64,000 bases of DNA from Octopus vulgaris. Taxonomy: Eukaryota. Below, in pieces: positions 13,386-25,041 of the stretch. Location of the stretch: contig OX597815.1 in NCBI GenBank assembly GCA_951406725.2, forward strand, positions 74,772,001-74,836,000. Reading direction: 5' to 3'. The position numbers were made by a program, and so were the translations under genes. How positions within the stretch are numbered: position 1 is the stretch's first letter; every line of letters begins with the position of its first letter. The notes beneath the pieces are model-generated. The model worked only from the letters and a program-made list of their open reading frames with translations. It did no database searches and had not been told where the DNA came from.

Positions 13386-13663
13386 TATATAACTTGACTA
13401 TATTACATTTTTACTTCAGTAAAAATATACTCTACACAAATTTACATAATTATTTCAACTAATTATTTTTTCATAATTTTTACATTATTTCAAATTTACA
13501 TATTTACTTCGAATTAGTTATTTCTTAAATCTATGTCATTTTCCAGTGTCTTTTTTAAGCATGGTTTTAATTTTGTATTCTTTCCGTCATTGCTCTGCGC
13601 CTCTACTTACGAATTTAAATAGGTGTTTATGAACAAAGTACTTGTGCATGTTTCTTTTTCAAT

Positions 13664-14081
13664 GATCTTTTCGGTTTGAACGGCAGTTTTTAACATAATT
13701 TCTAGGTAACTAAAAAATTTTAAACTCCGTATACTGGTAGAATGTGTTTATAAAACATCTTTTTCTCTTGGCTTTATTGAGAGAATTCTATAGTTTGTAA
13801 GATATTTGTTCTTGTTTTTTTTCAATTTCTGTAATTTCAACCAATCAGTGACATGTATTGAGTTAAAAAGCATTCTGTGTCGTATGAATATGTCCCTCGT
13901 TTAAGAAACAGATTGGGTTTATTTACATTTGTGAAGAAAAAAAGATACCCTTCCCCCACCCCTAATTCTAACCCTAACTAACCCTAACCCTAAAAGAGAT
14001 TGAAATGCAATAGATCGATTCTAGGATCATAATTATGGGTGACACCGCTAGAAAAAACTGCCGTTCAAACCGAAATGATCC
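13664..14081. mobile_element. MITE with ~28-bp TIRs carrying internal CCCTAA repeats
   Basis: GATCTTTTCGGTTTGAACGGCAGTTTTT ... AAAAACTGCCGTTCAAACCGAAATGATC; inverted sister copy at 59446-59904. Confidence 0.85.
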
Positions 14082-14214
14082 TGTTTCTTTTCTGTAAAAG
14101 AAAAAAAATAGAATTTCAAGATATTTTTTCAATTAAACTTTAAAGGAAGAAGATGAAGTATCAGTTCCGATACGACCGAACATTAGATTTAATTCTCTGT
14201 TATATCAGTGTCTC

Positions 14215-14667
14215 AGTTAAAATTGGTCTCAAATGTTGGCGCAAGGCCACCAGTTTTGGAGAAGAGACTAAGTCGGTTACATCGACTCCAGTACTCAACT
14301 GGTACTTATTTTATCGATCCCGAAGGGATAAGAAGCTGAATCGACTTCGGTGGAATTTGAAATCAGAAAGTGAAGACGGACGAAATGCTGCTAAGCGTTT
14401 CGCCCGCCGTTCAAACTATTCTGTCAGCTCGCCGCCCCTCATCTCAATTAATATTAGTTTCAAATTTTGGCACAAGGTCAGCAATTCTGAGAAGGAGATA
14501 GTCTTTTAAATCGACCCCAATGTTCCAATTAGGTACCTATTTTATCGACTCTAAAAGGATAAGGCAAAGTCGACCTCGGCGGAATTTGAACTCAGAACGT
14601 AAAGACAGTCAGAATGCCACGAAGCAATTTTCCCGGCGTACTAAAGTTTCTGCTGGCAAGTTGCCTA
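14215..14667 (-). mobile_element. Two adjacent SINE family C copies (~14215-14437 and ~14455-14667)
   Basis: Both carry cgac(t/c)tcgg(t/c)ggaatttgaa(a/c)tcagaa and a related gcc-rich head. Confidence 0.8.
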
Positions 14668-15307
14668 CGTCTCACTTAATATTTGTAATCGTCTAGCATA
14701 AAAATTATGTAAATCGCGTAAGTCTAAGCTCCTTAGCTTCTGGGAATAAGGTTAGACAACTGTCGTGCCGACGAAGGCTACTGAGCCATAAACATACATC
14801 ATCTTTCCACTTATTTTCAGATTATAAGCCAGACCTTTTCCTTACTGATGTCAACACTGGAGAATTCTTGATTGTTTAGATTGTCTTCCCTTTCAAAGTG
14901 AAATTGTCCATAATTGCTATTTGATTATTATAAAACATCCTCTTCCGGCGGAGATAATTTTAATAAATCCAGAATTTATGAGGGATGATATTGGATATAT
15001 CTGTATTTATCTTTGTAATAAAAAAGTAACATTGTTTAGATCAATTTTGAAAAGACGAATCATTATTGGTAAATTCATGGAATACCAACTGGCTTAGGGG
15101 GTCATTATTTCGTGTCTGGAAATCGTACTAAATAACACTCTTTCAGTTCGATGGAGTGCCTTTCAGTTCTGATCTTAAATTTTCTCATTTGAAACAATGC
15201 GTTTGCCTTATTCAGAGTTATATACATCTCGAAGTTGGTCAACACTGTATAATTGAAATATAGCCAAGCGAATGACAAAAAATAAATGGTAATAAAAGCT
15301 AACTTAC

Positions 15308-15439
15308 TTTTTAAATATTCTTTATCAAATCTATTTCCGTCACATTTGAGATTTCCCACGTTGTCAGTTTGGTAATATAGACTTTTACAAGACTCCAACT
15401 CCATCGACAGAATAGAATTTTCAAGTTGTGGGCATTTTG
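15308..15439 (-). CDS. Exon 2: mature N-terminus (A)KCPQLENSILSMELESCKSLYYQTDNVGNLKCDGNRFDKEYLK
   Basis: ttatttttgcAG acceptor, GTAAGT donor, 132 nt, phase 1->1, open frame joining exon 1 and exon 3. Confidence 0.82.
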
Positions 15440-15474
15440 CTGCAAAAATAAAATATATAGGCATGTACCCATGT

Positions 15475-15520
<46 letters not shown>

Positions 15521-15599
15521 TCTCTCACACATACACACACACGCACACACACACATACATACATACTTACATACATACAAACGTATATATATATATATG

Positions 15600-15865
15600 G
15601 AACAAGGCTGATTGTCAGGCAAATGCATCCACATCATTTGGAAGCAACAATCATCAGCGGACAAGGAAAAGGAGAAAATGTGTTTATTCCAAGAATTCCA
15701 AGAGACTGAAAATTCAATAACTGAAAATTTTTGGACTTCACTTCACTTCACTCCCATGATCAGATCTATATTGGTTGTTCCAGAGTTGGAAATGGCAACA
15801 ATCTCTTCATGGTCACACCAAATGGTAGAATCAAGAATATTGTTTATCCTACTGCTTTACAATGA
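15600..15865 (+). mobile_element. Helitron PIF1-like helicase C-terminal fragment (internally deleted)
   Basis: Translates as GQGKGENVFIPRIP and HDQIYIGCSRVGNGNNLFMVTPNGRIKNIVYPTAL, typical of the Helitron helicase end. Confidence 0.8.
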
Positions 15866-16325
15866 TCTCCAAATGTTACATTGATACAATTTTTCCAAAT
15901 GCGATACTCTGTTATATATATCTGAGACGGTAGGATACCGATAAATGCTTTATTATTATTTCGCTGTTCAGTTTTGGGCCTGCGGCCCAGTTAGCTCTTA
16001 GCGGGAGTCAGCTTGAAAGTCCGCAAGGAGTGAGACTTTTAAGCTAGTTGGTCAATAATTATGACTGATTTACGATAAAGGAAGCAAATGTGTCTTTCCG
16101 TCTCAGAGCTGTCTCTCTTGAGATCTGGTGCTGAGCAGAACTAACGAGATCGAAATGCATCCACTAGTCCAATAGGGAGCGCTCGGAGCTTGCTAAATGG
16201 CGTTTTAACATCCTTTTGTCTTAAAGCTAGAATTTTTCTCTGCAACAAACACCAGTGAAAAGTCTTTACACTTTCAAATTTCTCTTCCACATAATTGAAC
16301 TGATCTAGGTTTGTCAATTTGTTAA

Positions 16326-16510
16326 TTCTTTACTGCCTGCCCACAAGGGGCTACACACAGAAGGGACAAACAAGACAGACAGATGGATTAAGTCGATGAA
16401 ATTGACCCCAGTGCGTGACTGGTATTTATTTAATCGACCCCGAAAGGATGAAAGGCAAAGTCGACCTCGGTGGAATTTGAAGTCAGGACGCAGCGGCAGA
16501 CGAAATACCA
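16326..16510 (-). mobile_element. SINE family C copy
   Basis: Near-identical to 36323-36510. Confidence 0.85.
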
Positions 16511-16714
16511 ACCTCTTTATTGCCCACCGAGGTCTAAACATATAAATGGACAGAACAACTGATGGGATCAGTATTGCGGTATGATATATAGACAATCGAA
16601 TAAAATTAACAATACTGGGACAACACAAATGAAGCGACGACCAGGCCACGCTCCGACCCCACAAGCCCCGATCTATCGCTGGTAACTTTTTTGTTCTTTT
16701 TTTATTCCGTCTAT

Positions 16715-17420
16715 TCACACGGTTCCTTGCACGCACAACACTCGTGCAACATGCTTCCATCTCTTTTGGAACGTACACTCTGACAGACATCTTTTCTCCA
16801 GCCACACCGTCCTTTTCAGATGAAAAGAAAATAATGATCGTAAATTGTGACCAGAGATAAAGTTGACTGTCTTAATTCCTTTTATTCTAGTCTGCCATAC
16901 TGACTCTTTCGCTGTTGCTACAACCGTGAGAAAACAATTCTTACCTTCGTTCGTTAAAACTACCGGTGGGTCAATTTTTATAATTGACTCAGTCGACAGC
17001 TGTACTCTTCCTTCGCCGGACAACAGGTGTTCAGCATAAGCCCACATTTCAGATATCTCCGGACACTGAACAATAGCGTGAGGGACGGTTTCCCTGTCCG
17101 CCACCCCTCATCTTGGACAGGTCGGTGACCGACGTTTACCGTGTCTTGCGAGCTTATCCCAATCGGGCAAGGCATCTCTGTAGCATTGCCAGGTGAAGGA
17201 CCTTTGGAAGTTGTCCAACGTTCCCAACCCGAATGTACGGTGAAACAGGTTGTCCAGTTGAATAAACTCGAGACCTAGAGTCGCCCCCGGGCCATCGTCG
17301 TATTCAGACTCTACCAACCCACTATATAAAATCCGTGTGGAAGGTTGGCGTTTCCCGAGCGCTAGAATAGCAAGAGAGCCTTACGGCACTCTTTATGCCA
17401 TTCACTCGACTTCGGTCTAC
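16715..17420 (-). mobile_element. L1/Tx1-clade LINE 3' fragment (C-terminal CCHC zinc-finger region)
   Basis: ORFs 17108..17317 and 16715..17104: W..Y..ALP...CPR..DRETVPHAIVQC...W..R. Confidence 0.75.
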
Positions 17421-17454
17421 GAGAACACTAGGCTTCCTGTTCGCAAATACTTTT

Positions 17455-17650
17455 GACATAAACCAAAACATGAAAAGCAAATAACATATATTTTTATAAA
17501 ACATATAACTAGATCTCAAAAAGTATAAAAATGAATGATCAATACTTTTTACTTATTATATATTGATCATTCATTTTTATACTTTTTGAGATCTAGTTAT
17601 ATGTTTTATAAATATATATATTATTTGTTTTTTATGTTTTGGTTTATGTC
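17455..17650. repeat. Long near-perfect inverted repeat (arms ~90 bp, loop ~15 nt)
   Basis: ataaaacatataactagatctcaaaaagtataaaaatgaatgatcaata is mirrored exactly after 17560. Confidence 0.95.
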
Positions 17651-17782
17651 TATTACTGTTTGAGTTGCATAATAGTGTTTATCTCTAATTTATATTTTAT
17701 ATACATACATACATATACATATATATATGTGTGTGTGTGTGTGTGTGCGTGTGTGTGTGTGTGTGCATGTGTGTGTGTGTGT

Positions 17783-18150
17783 ACTAGCACTATGACCCGA
17801 CAACGCCGGGTCAAAGTGCTAGTGCATGCAAATACAGCTGCGTGCGTGCGCACATACACGCGAGTACTGTCCAAATCTCCGACCAATCACATACAGATGG
17901 CTGGCATTCAATTGGCGTATCAAGCTTCAGGCATTTCGATTGGGTTTTGGATAGAAAATTCACAAGAAAGTCACTTCTATTGATTTTTTAATGGCTTTGC
18001 GCGGTGACTGGGGAAATGTAAAGATGTGCACGACTATCCTTGGGCGGTTTTAAATTACCATAGAAAGTGCGAATCCTCTAACTAAAAAATTGTGGATTTG
18101 TATAAAGGACACACACACAGACAGACATTTTGCCGTTTATATATAGAGAG
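17783..18150 (-). mobile_element. Short non-autonomous Helitron-like element
   Basis: Left end CTAG plus GC hairpin; right end tttatatatagaga (minus strand TCTCTATATATAAA, Helitron-type 5' TC end); partial copy at 1-122. Confidence 0.6.
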
Positions 18151-18152
18151 AT

Positions 18153-19840
18153 ATACTAGCAGAAGTACCCAGCATTGCCCGTGTTACATGCAATTGAAGA
18201 ATTAGACTTTTCTGTTTTATTCTCTGTAATGAACTGGAATACCTATGATTCGAATTTCATCAAAATTGCAGATGAGGGTTATTTCCCTCTTTGCACATCC
18301 TACAAAATTGTAATCATGACACATGTATCCCATAATACTGATTTTTATGCGCAGATTCCAAAATTCCGGTCTTATAGAACCTGTTAAAAGGATTTTCTCC
18401 TGCAAAATGAAGGTCATGGGGCTCTAAAATGTGGGTGTTAAGGCCCCTATTGGGGGTGAGTGTCTTAATGTCAACCAGAGAAGTTGAATTGTTGAGAATC
18501 TTTTCAACTTGGGTCTTATATCTATTGTTTGAATTTCTTTGAAATAGGAAATATATGTATGTTCACTGGGTTTGTAAAAGAGAGCAAAGCTACAGGAAAC
18601 CAAAAGACGAATGATCACAATAAGCAGTCAGCTACCATACCCTAGTCGTTACCACTCCCAATGTAGGATTCCTCACTTTACAGGTGACAGGCGCAACCGT
18701 ATGCATTACGGGTCTATAGCAATTGGAAGGGCGTGACGCAACTGAAATCAACATTAACAACTGTGTGACGTGAGGGCTAAGGAGAAATGAAAGTGTCACC
18801 TCTGGAGTTTGCAAATGACCACTATACTGATATGTAACTGGACAGAATAAATTTACAATTTATAAATGTCTTTGAATAACCAGTCACTCATCCGGGAAGG
18901 CCTTGAAATCAATGTTACCATCTGGGGACTATGTGTGACGCAGTTATAATAAAATGACTGAAGGGATGTCTACAACCAAATAACTTTACTCAACACTTTG
19001 CAATTGAATCAGTGGAGGCAAAGATGCCTCTCATTTACTTGACAATTTATGCAGCACATTGCAGAAATCACAATCAAAGTATATCTCAAAGCAAACTCTT
19101 ACTCTGTTGTACCATTGAATTGCAAATAATGCTCATTTTTATGCTCGGGCGACCCTACAGCTTCCAAGAGTACAACTGTATTCGTCTTTGCTTAGATAAA
19201 ATGACTAAATTGTGGGTGTTAAGTCCCCGTGAAGGGGTCTTTCTAACTTGTAAGATAATGAAATTATAATAATTATTACTTCATTCGTATCTAATATCTA
19301 TGGTTAAAATTTCATCAACAGCAAAAATATATGAATTGTCATGGGAGTTATGGCCTTTACGCATAGAATATAATTCTCAAATTTCGTAAAGATCCATTCA
19401 GTACTTTTGACCTAGTTTTGAATCATAAAAGAAATGTCTAAAATTTGGGAGTTAAGGCCCCCATTAGGGGGTCTTAGAATCCTTATGAGAAGTGGAAACT
19501 TTGAGAATACTTCTTGATGTGTGTCAATTACCCATGGTTAAAATTTCATCAACATCGAAAAATTTGAATTTTCATTGGGGTTCTGCCCGCTTGAAGCCAT
19601 CTGAAATTCAAACCAAACATATTGCATTATACTCGCCCTTATGCATTGAATCTAAGTTCCAAATATCATAAGGATCCATTCAGGCATTTTTGTCCATGAA
19701 ATTGTATGAAACACACTTTACCCTTCTGGCTAAGTTGTGATTTTGTGATCCAAATTTCAATAGGATCGGTGCAGCAGTTTTCAAATGTATAAGTAACACA
19801 CAAACACACATAAAAACATTAACTTTGATATAATATATAT
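18153..19840 (-). mobile_element. Non-autonomous Helitron-like element, copy B
   Basis: Starts tactagcagaagtacccagcattgcccgtg (minus strand: hairpin+CTAG 3' end); ends in acacaca...tgatataatatata. Confidence 0.6.
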
Positions 19841-19932
19841 TAATATGCACATATACATACATATATATATATATGTGTGTGTGTGTGTGTATGTGTGTAT
19901 GTGTGTGTGTGTGTGTGTAATATATGTGCGTG

Positions 19933-19969
<37 letters not shown>

Positions 19970-19971
19970 AT

Positions 19972-20276
19972 GGAGGCGCAATGGCCGAGTGGTTAGGGCA
20001 GCGGGCTCACCGTCGTAGGATCGCGGTTTCGATTCCCAGACCGGGCATTGTGAGTGTTTATTGAGGGAAAACACCTAAAGCTCCACGAGGCTCCGGCAGT
20101 GGGTGGTGGCGATCCCTTCTGTACTCTTTCGCCACAACTTTCTCTCACTCTTTCTTCTGTTGGCCTGCCCGCTTAGCCAGCGGGGTTGCGTAATTTGAAG
20201 GCTAAAACAATGCGAAGCGGCGCATTGTGACCAGCGATGTGTAGCAACCTCTGATAGCCTGGTCGGTCACGGTGAT
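19972..20276 (+). mobile_element. tRNA-derived SINE, family A
   Basis: Positional homolog of 1907-2215. Confidence 0.9.
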
Positions 20277-20394
20277 ATATATATATAGATATATATATAT
20301 ATACACACACACACAAAGATAGATTGATAGATACAAATGAGTGGGCAAACAAAAATATGAGACACTGCCTCGTGCTTTTTTTTTATTTTGATAA

Positions 20395-20538
20395 GCCTGG
20401 TACTTATTCAACCAGTTTCTTCATGTGAAGCCAGTAAGTTATGGGGATGTAAATAAAAGAACAGCAGTTGTGAAGCAGTGATGAGGGAGAAACATAGAAA
20501 CAAAGACATACACGTAGACTTACATATATACATACATA
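20395..20538 (-). mobile_element. SINE family B 3' part, interrupted by Tc1 insertion
   Basis: Matches 2335-2475; its 5' half is absent here. Confidence 0.75.
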
Positions 20539-22091
20539 CAGTTGCGGCCAAAATTTTCAGAACGGCATTGTTTTCGTCAGAAAAATAGATATAAGTTTTT
20601 ATTAAAGTTGTTTTATATTCTATAATTTTCACAGACAATAAATACAACATTAATTGGTATTTTCTGCGATTTTGGTGTAATTTGAGTGGATAATACAAAA
20701 GTTATGGATGATATAGTGATTTACTGCAAAACCCATGGTGGCCAAAATGATCAGAACGGTTGAAAAAATAACAAAATAATCAAAAAGTGACAGAGAATGC
20801 TGGAATTATTTCATATTTAGTGTGAAGCACTTTAGCTTCAATCAAAGTTTGACATTTTAGACTGCATGGGGAAATTAAATTTTCAATTTCTTGCTGGGTG
20901 ATCTTATTCCATTCTTCCTGAAGGGCATTCCATAATTGCTCGGTTGTTTTAGGATTTCTGGCTTTCAAACGTTCTCCTAGAATATTCCACACATTTTCAA
21001 TAGGATTGAGGTCTGGGCTTTGAGCAGGCCAATCCATAACAATAACCTTTTCAGCCTTGAGGAAGTTCATGACCACCTTAGCCTTGTGACATGGGGCATT
21101 GTCCTGCATGAATATGGGTGGTCGCTTAGTTGAATTTCTCAGCACAGGCAAGACATGATCTTTTACAAGTTGTTTATAAACTCCTGCATTTACCTTTCCA
21201 TGTAATCGCAGCAAAGGGCCCACAACATCTCCAGATATCATCCCCCAAACCATGACACTTCCTCCACCGAATTTAACACAAGTCTTAAGGCATTTAGGTG
21301 ACAATTTTTCCCCTGCTTTTCGACGAACGTACCTTTTCCCATCTGAGTCAAATAACATAGACTTAGATTCATCACTGAAATGCACCGTTTGCCATTTTTC
21401 TTGAGACCACAACACATGTTCGGTTGCAAAGGTAAGACGACACTTTTTATTCTTGGAGCTGATCAGTGGCTTCACTACAGGTGCTCTTGCTTGTAGGTCA
21501 TGTTCAACTAAAGGACGAGACACAGTTTTTCGAGATAAAGTTTTCTTCAGTACAATGCTCATTTCTCGAAAAACAACAGCAGCAGTTTTAAATCTGTCCT
21601 TTTTAACCAACTTTACCATAGCACAATGTTCTCTCTTGGTCGTTTTTCTTGGCCTACCTGTAGACTTTCTTGCTTCACACGAACCACAATCATCGTAGAC
21701 CTTAAGAATACCGTGAACAACACTTTTTGACTTGTTAACAATCTTTGCAATAGACCTAATACTTAAATCATCCTTCTTTCGAAGCTTAATAATCTGCTAA
21801 CGAATTGGTAACGGAGTAAGTGGCATTATATTAACAAAGTACACTGCAGATATTCTTACTAATGTTTAGTAAACGAACTGTCACGTAAACAAATTCAAAA
21901 CATTAGAGTTCAACGGTTAAATATACTAAAAGCAACCGTTCTGATCATTTTGGCCGCCATGGGTTTTGCAGTAAATTACTAAATCATCCATAGCTTTTTT
22001 ATTATCCTCTCAACTTACACCAAAACCTCAGACAATAACAAATAATATCGTATTTATCGTCTGTGAAAATTATAGAATATAAAACAACTTT
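20539..22091 (-). mobile_element. IR/DR-type Tc1 transposon with nearly intact DD34E transposase
   Basis: TA-CAGTTGCGGCCAAAATTTTCAGAACGG end, inner DR at ~20740, ~220-bp IR mirrored at 21934-22091 (outer part lost); ORF 20780..21619 has FSDES, QDNAPCH, SPDLNPIE. Confidence 0.95.
20780..21826 (-). pseudogene. Tc1 transposase with a single in-frame stop at codon 10
   Basis: ATG 21826 MPLTPLPIR*QIIKLR...SIRSIAKIVNKSKSVV...TGRPRKT, in frame with ORF 20780..21619. Confidence 0.85.
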
Positions 22092-22882
22092 GAATCGGAA
22101 AACGTCTTTACAGCGTTTATAAGAATACTCGTGGAATTACGTTATTAGCAAAAAAAGAATAAATTGTTGAAGAATTCATTAAGCGTGAGGAATCTACGCT
22201 TTGTCAATGAGATTGTGAATGGGAAAATTAATGGTTTATTACGAATTGTACAGCCATGAAACGATCGTAGTGTTTTACTCTTTATCTTTTATTAAACTTT
22301 TAATACTTTTGATATATATTTAAAATAATATAAATTAATTAATTTTATGTATTGGCTTATGTTTTTCATTGTTTGATTTGCCTAATAGTGGTTTTATCTC
22401 TAATTTAATACAATATAATATAATATATTTATACTATAAAATTGGATTTAATCCTAATATTTAATATAATATAATATATCTATACTATAAAATTGGATTT
22501 AATCCTAAATCTGATTTTTCCCTGTAAGTTTGGATTTATTCCCTAATATTTTATTATTAATATATATATAACATCCAGATAGACGAAAGAAAAAGAACCG
22601 GATCACCCTCGCAATTTCGGCTGATTAATCTTGAGATTGCTCCAATCTGGCCAGCCCCTAGGAAAAACTAAGCTAAGAGCATTAGATTCCTTGGAAAAAA
22701 GCTTCGAATATATACGAAACAAGTACGGAAAACCGGACGATATTACACGAATATAAAAACAAAAATAATACAAAAAAGCAATAATAATAATAATAATGAT
22801 AATAACAGGACAAAACAACAAGCGTCTTTCGACTGGAGACGAATTGAATTCAGCTGGTATTATATATATATGTGTGTGTGTG

Positions 22883-22917
<35 letters not shown>

Positions 22918-23483
22918 GTGTATGTATGTATGTATGTATGTATGTATGTATGTATGTATGTATGTATGTATGTATGTATTGTACAATACAAATAAGAATG
23001 ATGTTAGTTATGGGATTCCAACCCATACCCCTCAATGCCGTTAGAACTGCAGAAATACAGGATAATTTACCCTTGCTGACAAATTTTTCCGCCTTGACAA
23101 GGTAATTTACCCAGTATTTTTGCTTTTCTAACTGCAACTATGCGTTCGAAAAAATATCATCTTCTTATTTGTATCGTACAATACACATTTTCGACGCTTA
23201 TAATGCAAATAAAAAAAAAACAAATATTTGTTTGTTTATATTTATGCACACACACATATATATGTGTGTATCGTATAAGCGTGTGTATGTATGTGTGTGT
23301 GGGGGGGGAGCATATGTTTGTGCGCGCATTTGAAGATCATTTATCAACAATTCATTCGTTTATTAGTAATTAGATAACCACGAATATAAATTAACAAGAC
23401 CTGCCAAAATAACAAAGATATTCAAGGGGTTTTTTATTATTTTTTTTTACAAATATATATTTATAACATTTCTATATTCTTAC

Positions 23484-23535
23484 CTTCAGTTCTCAAATAT
23501 AGCATTAAAATTGCAACCACTATGTTACCTCTCAT
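23484..23535 (-). CDS. Exon 1 (signal peptide MRGNIVVAILMLYLRTE[A]) of the secreted F5/8C-like gene, paralog B
   Basis: ATG 23535, 52 nt, phase-1 GTAAG donor; splicing to 15439 gives ...LRTEA|KCPQ, a plausible signal peptidase site. Confidence 0.8.
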
Positions 23536-23699
23536 ATCTGCGATTGTGTTTTGTATTTGGATATATTCATGAATCTCTTCAGCTTTATATGTGTCGATAT
23601 GTTTTCAGTGTGTATTTAAAGAGAATATTATATAGAGTTGCTCTCAGTTTTCGACGAGCGCAAAAGATTCTGATTGTGAATGATGCTCTTCTTAATTTG

Positions 23700-23730
23700 T
23701 GACGTTTATAAACACTCATCCGTATTTATA
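23700..23730 (-). promoter_or_regulatory. Core promoter of paralog B: TATAAATA plus Inr-like TCA
   Basis: TATAAATA at 23730-23723; A of TCA at 23700 (30 nt apart). Confidence 0.6.
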
Positions 23731-23859
23731 GCATCTGTTATCGATATGCCCATCTGCGTACACGCGTATGTTATACGTATTTGTGAGTGTAAGTACATGT
23801 ATGTGTGTGTGAGTGCATGTACATATATATGTGTATAAATATATATATATATATACGTG

Positions 23860-23894
<35 letters not shown>

Positions 23895-24358
23895 ATACAT
23901 GCATACGTAAGTATCTCTTAGGTTTATCTTAACTTCTTTCCTGTCATAACAAATCGAATGTTTTTGTACAAGATTATCGATTTGTTATTATTTCAATTTA
24001 GCGTTTTATATTTCTTTATTTATGTAGCTGTGGTGGTTGATTTTACTATTTATGTCGTAGATTCTAAAAAGATACATTACCTAGATTCTAAGAGAAACAA
24101 GTTTCAACAGGACCATCTCCATACAATAGTGACAATTACGTGTGATTCTTCCTGGGTGTCCGAGAGAGTTAACGTTTGACCACTTCATACAAATTTGAAT
24201 AATAGATACATGAGTATGGAAGAGAAAGGAGAGATTTTGTGTTGCTACACATGATTCAATAAATATAGTTTAGTTCATCGGTTTCTTTGCTATTTATTGC
24301 TATTTATCGGTTTATTAAAAGTTTAGAAATACAAAGGTGATAAGAAAAAATCAAAAAT

Positions 24359-24359
24359 A

Positions 24360-24411
<52 letters not shown>

Positions 24412-24464
24412 GGATGAGGATGAGGATGAGGATGATGATGATGACGATGACGATGACGATGACA

Positions 24465-24510
<46 letters not shown>

Positions 24511-24516
24511 TGATGA
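24359..24516. repeat. Compound (ATG/AGG/ACG)n trinucleotide microsatellite
   Basis: Directly visible. Confidence 0.95.
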
Positions 24517-24519
24517 CAT

Positions 24520-24662
24520 CGAAAAATACCTCAGGAATGATAACCCAGGTTCGAAATTTTCCCAAGACACCTGATGAAAGCTGGAGGGTATATCAGCCGA
24601 AACATGTTAACAACAAACAAGATGAGGACAAATATCCGTCAAATGTAAATAATGTAAATAAT
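24520..24662 (+). mobile_element. Penelope pLTR-like relic with hammerhead core
   Basis: CTGATGA (24571) AAGCTG...CAGCC GAAAC ATGTT. Confidence 0.55.
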
Positions 24663-24671
24663 ATATATATA

Positions 24672-25041
24672 CTCTCTTTTACTTGTTTCAGTCATTTGAT
24701 TGTGGCCATGCTGGAGCACTGCCTTTAGTCGAGCAAATCGACCCCAGAACTTATTCTTTGTAAGCCTAGTACTTATCCTATCGGTCCTTTTTGCCGAACT
24801 GCTAAGTTACGGGACGTAAACACACCACCATCGGTTGTCAAGCGATTTGGGGGGGACAAACACAGACACACAAACACACACATATATATATACATATATA
24901 TGACGGGCTTCTTTCAGTTTCCGTCTACCAAATCCACTCACAAGGCTTTGGTCGTCCCGAGGCTATAGCAGAAAACACTTGCCCAAGATGTCACGCAGTG
25001 GGACTGAACCCGGAACCATGTGGTTCGTAAGCAAGCTACTT
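24672..25041 (-). mobile_element. tRNA-derived SINE, family B (near full length)
   Basis: Reverse complement of 54375-54813; B box GGTTCAGTCCC. Confidence 0.9.

Larger units (their letters stand above)
17860..24015. repeat. Segmental/tandem duplication copy B
   Basis: Homologous to 1-4610 except for different insertions between ~20539 and ~23457. Confidence 0.95.
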
